A stretch of DNA of 64,000 bases from Geosiphon pyriformis uo1 (lineage: Eukaryota > Fungi > Glomeromycota). Below the pieces are notes generated by a model. The model was not told the origin of the DNA. It saw only the letters and a list, made by a program, of their open reading frames with translations, and did no database searches. The translations under genes and the position numbers were made by a program. Within the stretch, counting starts at the first letter, position 1; every line of letters begins with the position of its first letter. Below are positions 49,061-60,890 of this stretch, piece after piece. The stretch is from positions 186,001 to 250,000 of the forward strand of contig JAAOMT010000071.1 in the NCBI GenBank assembly GCA_016748015.1, in the 5' to 3' direction.

Positions 49061-50560
49061 GGCTGATAAACGGTGACTTCAACTAGGGGATCCTCTCCAA
49101 AGAAATTGATGTTGGCATGATTGGGTCTTTGATTGGGAACATTGTTGTTGTTGTTGGGTTTGTTGTTTTGGTTGTCATTGTTTCTGAGAGCTAGAGGAGG
49201 CAGTGAAGGATTGTTACAATCTCTTAAATAATATCCAGTTAATTCACAACAATAGCACACAGGTGGGCCACGATTTTGCTGTCTTTGATAGGGAGGTTGC
49301 TGGGGCTGGTTAAAACGAGATTTGTATTTAGGTCTTGGTGGTTGCTGGTTATCTCTGACTGCTTGTGCCAAAGGTTCTAATAACCGGACAAGATTGGCTG
49401 TGAGTCTATCAATTAATTGTTTATTTGGATTTTGAGTTTGGGCAGCAAAAGAAGCAGCAGCCATTTGAGAGGTAGGAGTCATGACAGGAGCAGAAGCAAA
49501 AACTGGAAGTGTAGATCCCAAATGTATTCTTTGGTTGTCTTCAATTCATTGGGCAAGTTCAATGGCTATGTCCATTGTAGGGTTGTTTTTTAGGGCCAAG
49601 AGAGGCCAAAAAGCATAAGATAAATCAGTTCTCAATTCTTTTGTGAAGGAATGAATCTTTTGTTCTTCTGTCCAGTTTCTCCCAGAGTCTACACGTTTGA
49701 TTAGCTTTCTAATAGCTTTGGCATATTCAGTCACTACTTCTCCAGGGCCTTGAGTTTTTCTTTCCAATTCCATGTGCCATTTAGATATTAATATTGGGGT
49801 TCTGAACTTGGCCTTAAATTAGGTAGTGAAAGAGGTATTTTCTTCTCCAGTATTGATTGGTGTCCATCTGATTATTCTGTGTTGAGCATTGGCATCTGTT
49901 TCTTGTGAGAACCAGGTAGCAGGAGAGCCTTGGAGGTAGCCACCAACGATTTGGAACTTGTATTTTTCATTATACTGGTTGGCTGTGGCAGCTCTCTCAA
50001 AATCATCCAATCATTCAATTGAATCTTGTGCATCACTTCTAAATAGTGGTAGTGGAGTATTGTTTTTTCTTCCTAAAGCAATTTGTATATCTTGGAGGGT
50101 GGCCAAAATGTTTGCTTGCATGGGATCATTAGCCATTGGTTCAGGGGTAACTGTTTGTGTAGACGAGTCTAATTCACTTGATAAAAGGTCAAAAACAGAA
50201 GCAGTTTGGTAGCTTTCTTCTTCTGTTTCAAAGGGAGTTTCAGTTGCTTGATGGGCAGCAATCCAAATGTGGATTTGATGATTCAGATATTCGAAATCAG
50301 GGGGCTGTTGTTCAAAGGTTGCAGAATATAAGAGCTAATTGATACTGTTGTTTTTTTCTTCAAAGTTATTTTCAAAATAAGCTTGGTCAAAGTAATAAGT
50401 TGTATAAGCTATGTAGGTTTTAGCTGAATGCTCGTTCAGGAACCAGTTTCAAAAGTTTTGGAATTGTCTATTAGATGGTTCTTCAAGAGAGAAGCAGATC
50501 AAGCAGGAGGGCAGAAAATTAAGTTCAATGAAATCTAAGTTGTTTCTGTTGTGTGCTACA
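49048..50560 (-). pseudogene. gag of element C
   Basis: Retrotransposon-gag-like fragments 49819-50010 and 49546-49773; degenerate zinc knuckle CYCCELTGYYLRDC; 5' boundary approximate. Confidence 0.8.
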
Positions 50561-50632
50561 AAGTGTTCTTCTGATTGCTGTGGCAGATATGAATAATCAC
50601 TTATACAATAAGGGAATAAGTGAATTTTGACA

Positions 50633-50650
50633 ACCTCACAGGGAGCACCA
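50633..50650 (-). promoter_or_regulatory. Primer-binding site TGGTGCTCCCTGTGAGGT (elongator tRNA-Met-like)
   Basis: Lies 6 nt inside the 5' LTR end and is complementary to ...ACCUCACAGGGAGCACCA. The tRNA identity comes from recalled eukaryotic elongator Met 3' ends. Confidence 0.75.
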
Positions 50651-50656
50651 CTTTTA

Positions 50657-51300
50657 TGTTATGGGTTGGAGTAACAAGCTAACGGATAGCAAGGGAGAAC
50701 AAGATTGTAGAGTGATGGAAATAATCAAAGGGGAATTCAACTTCAATGAGTGAATTGAATGAGTATGGATTTAATGTGCGAGATCAGTCTCATAAAATAT
50801 TTCAGTTACTATTCTTTTCAAAAGATAACAAGGGAATCTGAAGGTAAAAAGATAGTCCATACTGTCAACAATTGATCACCACTGGTATAATTTTATGCCT
50901 CATGTTGGCACTTTTAGAATTCAATATTAGGTATCAATTTGTGCTTTTCAGTCACATTTATTCAAATAATCTTCAAATGCTACAATTATATATGTCAGAA
51001 AAAGGCCAACAAGTAATCTTTTATCCTAAGATGTTCAGATACTTGAAGATAAGGAAAGAAAAATTAGCGATAAGAGAGTGATTGAGATGAAAGTTGTTAT
51101 TTTTATTTATTTGATTCTTGTCTAAGAGATGATTTTCTACAGCTAAAAGACTCATTGCTTATATAGCTAATGAAAGTGGTCAACGACTAGGTCAATGATC
51201 AGGTCAATGATTGCTATCTAAAAATAGAGTGGCTAATTATATGACATTAGTGGTTAATACATGTAATAACTAATAAAAATTATGAGTTTCAACCATAACA
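50657..51300 (-). repeat. 5' LTR of element C (644 bp)
   Basis: TGTTATGG...CCATAACA inverted termini; pairs with 43605-44271. Confidence 0.95.
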
Positions 51301-51512
51301 ATACTGTAAAACAGTTTTAATAAAAGATTAAACCTGGCTCTAAGACTGTAAACTCTTTGTATGTTGGAAATATTAGTTAAAAACTTATCACACTGGTTTA
51401 ACATCCTAACTTTCACATGGTAGCTGGAATCACAAGCAAGCTCATTGCTAGTTTGTATATGTATTTGATAAAAACACTGTATGAAAGATTGCCTATGACA
51501 GTCAAAAAGCAT

Positions 51513-54500
51513 TGTTACAAATAAATTTAGTGGTATATAATAATAATAGTTAGTGCTCAAGATTTTGGGTTTCTAAAGAGCTTTTGATGGTTTTTTTTAG
51601 TAGACTTGTTTGTTGTGTTAGTGTTATTAGTCTCTAAAGGTCTGTTTGATTGTTATGAATTTATTCATAAAGTTCTTTGGTTATAAGACACAGAGAGATG
51701 TTTTGTAGTGTTGCAACTTTTTGTATATAAATGTGAGCTATCTTCTCTGAACTAATAAGTGCAGTTATTAGAGTCTAGTAGTATCTTTTTGCCCTTCTAG
51801 TAAGTTACCAAAATAATATTAATATTCAAACTTAGAAAAAGTTTTTCTCTTTTACCAGGCTATTATAAAGTCTATTTTCAGACAGTTAATTTCTCTATGT
51901 TGTCACTCCACAAAAAAAATAAAATAAAATAAAAAAAATAAAATAAAAAAAAATAAAAATAAAAAAAAATAAAAATAAAAAAATAAAATAAAAGAAAATA
52001 AATTAGTATTGTCAATTGTTGTGATCAAAAACAATTAGTTCAGGTCATTAAGAATTTAAGATGTTTATGCTAAAAGCATCTGTCCTAAAACAAAAGTATG
52101 AAACAAAAATTAGTTTAATTTAAGCATGAAATAATTGATGATTATGTATCAATAATTTTGAGTTTTTCAAATAAGTCTTTTATTTTTGTATGATGTAATA
52201 ATTATAAGAAAGAAGAAAATTGATTCTTTTCTGGCTGTCTTTCTAACTTCTACAACTACTTATTTTTATATATATTTTTTGGTTCTACAGAATTTTTTTT
52301 AATTGTTTTGTTTTTGCTAACTATTGCTTTGCTATTTCTGTTATTACTTTATTCTTCTATATTATTATTAGTTATTCTATGTTTCAATTAGTTATTTTGT
52401 ATTATAATATATTATTGAGTTTTATATTATGTTATTCTAAATTATTACATATTATTTTGTGTTTTTTCACATTATTCTGTATTATTTTATGTTATCATAT
52501 TTTTGGTTACATTTTTCTTCATAACTTTGGATTGGTTTTTCTATTCAGATAATATTATCTCTCTTTTTTAGAATTGAGCTCCTGTGAAATCTTATATATT
52601 TGTAAAATCTGTGTTCTTTGTGTAGTGTTTAATTGTTAGCATTGAGTATTGCTTTTTGTAGGTTTTTAAATTAATTATTTGTTATTTGTCCTATGTTGTT
52701 AACCATAATAGTTGTTAACAAGCTGTCTAGTAGTATAACTGAACAGTATTTGAATGCTGAATATAAGTAATATATTGCTTTGTAATTTAGTATTAGATTG
52801 CTTTTTCTTACAAATTTTTCTACTTGTTTAAGAGCCACTTTATTAAATGTTTAATGGTTAAAATTTTCATACAGTATACTCAATCCTAATTGTTTACCAA
52901 TCTTATAGAATTAGTAAACTAGTGGAAGTTTTTCTTTTTACACTTTAAAGTTTTTAGATATCTATTTTTCTGTTACTGGTTTTAATGCTGGTCTGCTAAA
53001 AGATTTTTTGATTTCTTTAAGCTTTACCTAAGATGTATTTTTTTTTTCTTTTTGTTTCCCTTTTTTCTTGATCATTGTACAAAGCATTGACCATCAGGAT
53101 AAAGAGTTGTTTATAGAAATAGGATTGTTCAGTTTTAGTTGAACTTTTACCCACTTCTTTTTTGTTTCTATCTTTGTATCATATCTTTTTTTTATTAATG
53201 GTAATTTCTATTTGAGCAATGAATTATTGAATTGTGTCAAATAGTTGTTTTAAGAGTTGTAGAATTTAATTTGAAAGATCTATGTTGCAAGTTCTATCAA
53301 TTTATTTTTGTTGTTTTGATGGTTATATATACTTAAATTTTCCAATTAAATAAACATATATCAATTATGTTTTGATAATAATAATTGGTTCCAGATCTTA
53401 TGGTATATCTTTAAGTTTGATTAATGAAATTTGTGTTCCTAGTTAAAATATGGATAATAATAACTCTTGTTTTGTATGATAAATTTTTAACTGATTTCCA
53501 TGTACTACTTTTTTTAAAATTCTGTCTTCCAATTATAATTTGTAAGCTTTATTGTCTAAAACTTTGTGTATATGAAATAGACTATTCTACTTTGGGTCAA
53601 ACTTTCCACTCCACTATTTTTTAGCCTTTGTACAATGTAACAGTACTTGGTCTTCAATTTTGAATTTAATTAGTTGGTTTGGTAAATGATTATTATGTTT
53701 TTTTTTGTTGTTCTTGAGCTTTATTAAAATTATCAGCTGTTGTTTTATAATTGTTTTCCAATGTTTCTATAAGCTAGTATGTTCTTTAATATAAGATAAT
53801 TTCAAATTTTTTTTCAGTAATAGTTTTTGTTGAAAAAGAAGGTATTTTTTATTCAATAGGTTAAATAGCTTTTCTTTTATAAATTAGTTTGAATGATATG
53901 AATTAGGTAGTATTTTGCTTTAATATTTAGTATGCAAATAATACAGAAAGTATAAATAAGTTTTATTTTTGTGTATTTTTATAACTTATTTTTACTAATG
54001 CCTCACATAGTGTTTGGTTAAATTGTTCTACCAATTCATTTGTTTGTGAGTAATATGGTGATAATAAGAGTTATTTTATTCCAAACTGTTGGCTTAGCTT
54101 GGTTAATATACTATTAATAAAATGCATTCTTTAATCTGACAACAATTTTTTTGAACATTTATGTTAGCAAATTAGATCTTGATATACAAATTTGGTTACT
54201 GTTTTAACATTAGCTATTTGAATTGTTCTGGCTTTTGGTTATTTGATAAGGTAATCTATTGTTACAGCAATATACCAATTTTTTTTGGTTGTAATTAAGA
54301 AAAAACCAACCAAATCAATCTTAATTCTATCAAATAAATTTTCAACTAGAATGGGTTAAAATGGTTCTATAAATCTGGTTCTTTTTTTTTGTTGGCATGA
54401 GTTACAGTTGAGAACATATTCAAAAATATCTTTATATATTATTGGCCAATAGTATAGATTCATTGTTCTTTCTAGAGTAATATCTTTGTTGAAATGTTCT

Positions 54501-56185
54501 GTAGTGAGATCAGAATGTATGCTATGTAAAATAGTTTTTTTTTCATTGTTTTTTATAACTTATTGTAAGGTGAGGTGGTTTTAATATTCTTTATAATATA
54601 GTTAGTTGTTTTGAATAAAGTAATTATAAGCTTGTTTCTATATATTACTTTGTTCTTATTGAGATAATATCTCCTTGAACTGCAGTGTTAATAGATACTG
54701 GTGTATTTGTTGATAAGTATTTGTATTTATGAATTCGAGATTAGATTTGTGTTATTTTTGACAAACTGTTAGCATTAGTGTTTGAATTTTTTTTTGTAAT
54801 AGATCTTGTATAAAAATTGTTACAGATAAGTATTCTATTGTGTGTATCTTTCTTTTAGTTGTGATTTGCTGAGTAATCAAACAAGTTTTTTATAATTAGT
54901 GTATAGATTAAATGGTTGTTTAAAATAGTGTCTCTAATTTTGTACCATCTAATAAATGACAAGACATTCTAAATCTGTCATGCTGTATATTTTTTCTACT
55001 GGGCTGGTGCTGCAATTAGTATAAGTGATCAGATGTTCTCTGTTGTCTGGTCTTATTTAAAACAGAACTATTTTTAAAGCATTTTTTGAGGCATTTGTTG
55101 TGACAATAAACTGCTTATTGAAGTCAAAATAGATTAGTATTAATGCTGTGATAAGGCATTGTTTAAGATTGTTAAATGTTTTTTGTTAATCTTTTTTTCA
55201 TATATATGACATGTATTTTAACAATAGATAATAGAATGGTTTTATGATATTAAAAAATCTTTTAACAAATCTGTAATAGTATCCAGCCAATCCTAAAAAT
55301 TTTCTCAGTTTTCATAAATTAGTCAAAGCTAAAAAATTTCTAATTTTTTGTACTTTGTCTGAATCAGACTTGATTTCATTCTTGCTGATTACATGTTTTA
55401 GGAATTTCAGTTCAGTTTTCTTGAAGAAATATTTGTCAAGATTGAATTTTAATCTGGCTTCTTAGAGGCATTTAAAGATTTGTTGTAGATAAAATAAGTA
55501 ATTATCAAATATTTTAGAGAACATATTGGTGTCATCTAAGTAAACTATAACTAATTTCCAAAGAATTTTTTTGTATACTACATCCATAAAACATTAAAAG
55601 ATAGCAAAAGTATTACACAATTCAAAAAACATTATGTTGAATTCAAAGTTTTCATCTTACATGATAAAAGCCGTTTTTTCTTTATTTTTGGGGTCTATTT
55701 CTACTTGTTAATATTTACTAACTAAGTCTAATAATGAGAACCATTTTTTGTTGTCTAAATTATCCAATATTTTTTGTATAAGGAGAGTAGAGTAACTATT
55801 GTTACAAGTAACACTGTTTAGTTTTCAGTAATCTACACAAAACTATATTTTTTTATTCTTTTTGGTAACTAATATCATTAAAGAAGACCAAGAACTTAAT
55901 GATTCTTTGATTAATCTATAATTTAATATTTCTTGTATTTCTTTCTTAATTAAATTATCATCTGTTGGGATTATTTAATATGCCTATTATTTAATAAAGC
56001 AGACATCATCTGTATTAATCTGATGTTTTACAATGTTTGTGCATCCAAACTTATTTTTACTGATAAAGACATTGGCATATTGATTTAGAAGAACTTTGAG
56101 CTGCATTTGTTGTAAGGTGCTTAAGTTTTTCAAATTGAGTTTATTGATCTCTTTTGGTATAAACAAGTAATTTTTTTTTGGCAGG
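51513..56185 (-). mobile_element. Gypsy family B copy B2, 3' half: RT (~55200-56050), RNase H (~54741-55150), integrase (~53370-54730), extra ORF (~52590-53285), 3' LTR (51513-52554); interrupted at 56185/56186 by A2
   Basis: Minus-strand IVYLDDTN, FCVDY, NYSTLL, YYWP, CNSCQ and KVVHGN motifs; PPT AAAAAAGAGAGATAA before the LTR; LTR homologous to 8480-9460. Confidence 0.85.
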
Positions 56186-57134
56186 TGTTATTAATAGAAT
56201 TTTAGCTATTAATTAGCATGAAATTACTCTCATAATTTCTAGCATATATTATTATTATTTCGATTATCACTTATTATTTAATTAAATTATCAAAAATTAT
56301 TACTTAATCAATAATTCAATTTGTACCATAGAAATTAAGATGATTAAATTACACAATACCCTGAATCATTTAATATAGTCAAAATTCGCCGAAATTAATG
56401 AAAATTGGTCGAAATAATTAATAGTTCAGTAAAATAACTTGTAGTTTGTTAAAATGTATTTTTAGTTTATTAAAATTATAGCAAAGAGAAAAGTGCAAGT
56501 TCAAAGACTAGTACTACAACAAGTTGTATAAAAGAAAAGCTTCTCTCTTCAAGAAAATATATCTTCTTATAGTATCTTACTTTAGATATCTTAATTAGAA
56601 CAAATTACTTTTACATATTTTAAATAAAAATTAAATATTTGAAAACCAAATCCTTTAATTATTATACTTGAAATTCTCTCAACACAACTAACATTTTGAA
56701 ATTAATTAGCTACCAATTTCAGTAATCTGTTAATAACTCCAGACTTGGATAAAAAACGTTTTCTTTGACAATTCTATTTTCTTTCACATTTTTTTATTTT
56801 TCTTTTACTTTTTTTTATTATAATTATTAAAGTAGTCTACAGACAAGATTTCTGTAGAAGAGTTAACTTTCACAGCAAAGTAATTACACATTTTTAGTGA
56901 GCTTCCAGATGAGCAATTCCTGGGAAAGAGTTGACGTTTACTACAATGTAACTACATAAAGTAACTGGCACAAAATTGGCCATTCTACTTATAAGTCCAG
57001 CAGTTCAAATTATAGAAGATAATTTGAAGATAAATTCAGTTATTGGAGGTTTAATTACTTTCAGAAAACGCGAAATTAGCAACAGACAGACATTAACAAC
57101 ATTCAAAAAAAGAGACCAAAAACTTCCAATAACA
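56186..57134 (+). repeat. 5' LTR of A2 (949 bp)
   Basis: TGTTA...TAACA termini followed by PBS-like TTTAGTGCTC; contains an internal ~65-bp tandem duplication at ~56840-56960. Confidence 0.88.
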
Positions 57135-60100
57135 TTTAGTGCTCTACTACAGAAATAATACAGTAACAATGAATTCAAAGTGGCGACCACACTAGATACA
57201 ACAATTCTAGAGTATTACCAGTCAATTTACACTCACTGCAAACAAAGATTCAACATTCCAGACGGAATTAAAGTTGTCAAAAAATCAGTATACCAATATA
57301 TTGAAAATCACATTAACAATTATTTTTTGGGAAACTACAATATTTCAGAAGTTAAAAGCAATCTTTACAATAATTTATTGCACTATTTACAATTAAGAAC
57401 TGAAGACCTTAACAGTAAAACACTTGCCACTTACTTTTAAGAACTTAACTTCAGCATTATTCAGTATTGTGAAAAAAAATACTCAGTACAATCCAAATAC
57501 TCTTTTAACTTTAAATCAGAAACCAAAACAAGCAACAAAGGCAAACAAAAAGTAAAACAATACCCAAAAACCACTCCAATACTACCAAAGACAACTGTCA
57601 AACACTTGCAAACACCTGAACAAAGAACCAGTGTCAAAGTACCACTTTCTATTACACTATTTTCAATTTTACTTGCTTAACCACAAACACTAAATTCATC
57701 ATTTACCTGTTTCTTCAGACCAGAAAATTTTCAGCCATTCAGAAATTCTACTCAACAGCAGGAATCAATATCAACCAGCACTAATCTTCTTGATTACTTA
57801 CAGGAAAATGAAAGTAATCATTCAGAAAATCTGGAAAGTAAAAAAACTGAATCAAAACCAGAAAAAACTACAGAAAATAAAAAAGAAATGGCAACTGCTT
57901 ATATTGCAAAAATTCCAGAATTTACTGGTGAAGATAATAATACCAGCCCTCAAGAATGGCTTGACAAAGTCCAGAAAGCAGGAGATGCAAATGAATAGAA
58001 TACAGCAAAAATGCTCAAAGCAATCTCATACTTTCTCCAAAGAACTATAGAAGAATGGTTTGAAAACTTAAAAGAACTATTTAAAAACTGGCAAGCATTC
58101 AAAAATGCTTTCTTACAACAATTTACCAACAACAACACCTCTATCACTTTCTATAATTGCTTTTGCAATATTAAACAAGAAACATCTGAAACTGTTATGA
58201 TTTATCTTGGGAGATTCAACAAACTTCTTCAATGAATTTGACAATTGAAAACCAATGAATACTATTCCAATGCCCAGATTTTGGATCAGTTTATAGCAGG
58301 ATTAAAAGACAAATTAATCAAGAAAGTTCATCCACATGTCCCAAAAAACTTAGCAATAGCCATTAGACATATAAAAAACTATAAAATAGCAATGGAAGAA
58401 GCAAACCATACCAAACTTGTAAATCTTGCTATTGGAAAAACCAGTTCAGCAGCTGAAAAAAAAATTGACCAACTTACAAAGAAGGTAAAGAACTATTTCA
58501 CCAACCAACAACAATAGCAACAACCACAAAGATATTAGCCACCACAATAACAAAACCAAACCAACTACTTATTCTCATTAAACAATTAAAATCAAAGTTG
58601 TTATTATTGTGAAATTTCAGGACATTGGAAACGAGATTGCAGAAAGCTACAAAGAGACCAGTAAAACAGAAGTAATCAGCATTACTCTTCAACACAGCAA
58701 TTTCATTATCAGCCTCTACTACCAGCCTACTATTTCTCAAGATCCCAATAGCAAACCAATTACTATTAACCTGCTCCATAGCAACAATATTAACAACTTT
58801 TACTAATTCAACAGTATCAACAACCACCTAACAACAATATCAAGTACCAGTCTGAAAATTGGTTTAACATAACTAATTCACATCTCAAAATCAATTTCAG
58901 AATAATAACAATAGAATCAACTCAAACAACCAGTTGGTTCCCTGAAATTCTGGTCAGCAAAGACCCAGTCACTACCATACCCAATCCAGCTATCTTACAA
59001 TGCCAGAAGAATCGAATTTTCAACAAACTGCACTTTCTAAAAGTAAAGTTGCAGCACCAAGATCAAACCATTCTAATAATACTATCTTATCAGCACAAAT
59101 TGCTCAAAATGTCAACCTTTCAGATATATTTTCATTTGAATTTGAAACAAATAAATCACTATTCTTGCTTAGCAATGCAGCAGTCAATAAAAAAACCCAT
59201 TTGGTTAATTCTAAACAGTGGATTAGCTGGAAGTATCATCACTTATTAATTAATGCAACAACTTCAACAAACTGTTGACAGATCTGTTCAGACAGTTATT
59301 GTTACAGCAGATAATATAAAAAAGACACCAGTAGAAGAAATTGACAATTTCTTATTTATTATTAATAGAATTACTATTTCAGTCAAAGTTCTAGTCATGG
59401 ATATATCTCAATACCAAGCTCTTGTTGGAAATGATTGGCTTCTTAAGGCCAATACAAATTTAGATTGGGAAACCCAGGAATTGAAGATTTCATACCAAGG
59501 ACAATATACAAAAGTATCTGTCACCTGTGGTACTTTTAATAAAAAATCTGAAAAAGCCTTAGTATTCGAATTTGAAAAAGAGAAAGAACTACCAATTACT
59601 AAAACCTTTATGGTTCTTGGATCAACATCTAATTGGGCTGAAAAAACAGAACAGGAAATTTTTAAGAAGACCAGAAAATGGAATGTAGTTAGATACTCAA
59701 CATCAGAACCATGAAAACAACCACCTTATATTCCACTTAAATGCAAAGATTGTAAAAAAAAACTTTTATCAATGAGAGCATGTATTTCTCCAGAAAAAAA
59801 TATGAAATTTGCATCTGCTACTTTTGCAAAACATGCCATAGAAAACGATTTGGATATCCCAAAAGAAGTAAAAAATAGAACAACACTCCTTGTCTTATAT
59901 ATAGAAATATACTACCAGAAGAATGCAACTGGATTAATGTTGCAATAAGAAGAAGACTATGTGATCAAACCTGTCAATATGCTCTATCAATCTCAGAAAA
60001 ATTCAGAAAAGAAACACTATTTGATACAACATACAACAGTGCTTTCAATAAACTTTACTACTATCCTCATAATACTGAAATAATCTTTGATTTAGCAATA

Positions 60101-60449
60101 GCTTTAATTAATAGAGCCATATAGAAAGATGTCTGAAAAATAAAAGAAGCTGAATACATTGAATACACAATAGAATTGGCTGGATTTAACTATAAAGATA
60201 AAATGGAAACATACTATTAAATTGCAAGTCACACTTATCCAATCCAAGAAGCTCAAATTTAATGATTAAAGCAAATGAATATTCAATTGTGTAAAGAATA
60301 CATTATGCCTTATGACAATAAATGGTGTTCAGAATGTTATGCTCTTAGCATTCTCTTATTCAGTAAAAATGACCAGGAGGAAATTGAGTTTGAAGAGCAT
60401 AAGCCAGAAAAAGAAATCACAACAACTCCAATCTATTTTATTAAAAACC

Positions 60450-60890
60450 AGCCTGCTATACAACTCAAATACTTTGACAACAATGGAAAAAGAATAAAAC
60501 CAGAAAAAGCCCACGAAATTAATGCAAGATATGATCTAAGATATCCTGGCAAAAACACTTTGGTTCTTTAACCAAAATCAATAACCAAAATCAACCTCAA
60601 AATTGCTCTTGAAATATCACCAGAAGCAATAGTACAAATTGCTTCCCAATCATTATTGGCAAGCAAAGAAATTAATGTCAGAGGAGGAATCATAGATACA
60701 GGATATATTAAAGACACTACCATTATGTTACAGAATGAAACAAACAAACCATTCAGAATTAAACATGCTAAAAAAATTGCCCAAGCAATTTACCTACCCT
60801 TAATCAACATTTCGGATTTACAATCAGTTAACAACAGAGAACAATTAGAAAAAAGTGAAAAAGGAACTCAAGATTTTGGTTCAACTGAAC
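60450..60890 (+). pseudogene. dUTPase domain between protease and RT
   Basis: All five trimeric-dUTPase motifs are recognisable: ARYDL (AGYDL), SQSLLA (RSSLA), GIIDTGY, KIAQ and EKGTQDFGST (RG..GFGST). Confidence 0.9.

Larger units (their letters stand above)
43605..51300 (-). mobile_element. Complete Ty3/Gypsy element family C (LTR-gag-PR-RT-RH-IN-extra ORF-LTR)
   Basis: Paired LTRs, TSD ATAC at 43601-43604 and 51301-51304, PBS, PPT, and Gypsy domain order. Confidence 0.95.

Noticed and set aside
49034-49071. 38-nt GT...AG intron fusing gag and pol
   Set aside because: Very short, and the slippery heptamer plus stem-loop explains the frame change better.
8480-52554. B1 and B2 LTRs as the two ends of one element
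   Set aside because: Their internal regions point away from each other and the flanks differ.
53370-53560. Chromodomain at the integrase C-terminus
   Set aside because: The tail after KVVHGN is short, ends LEPIIII, and shows no chromodomain aromatic pattern.
59010-59025. G GAU UUU-type slippery site in family A
   Set aside because: In A1 the frame runs straight through to the protease motif, so no shift is required.
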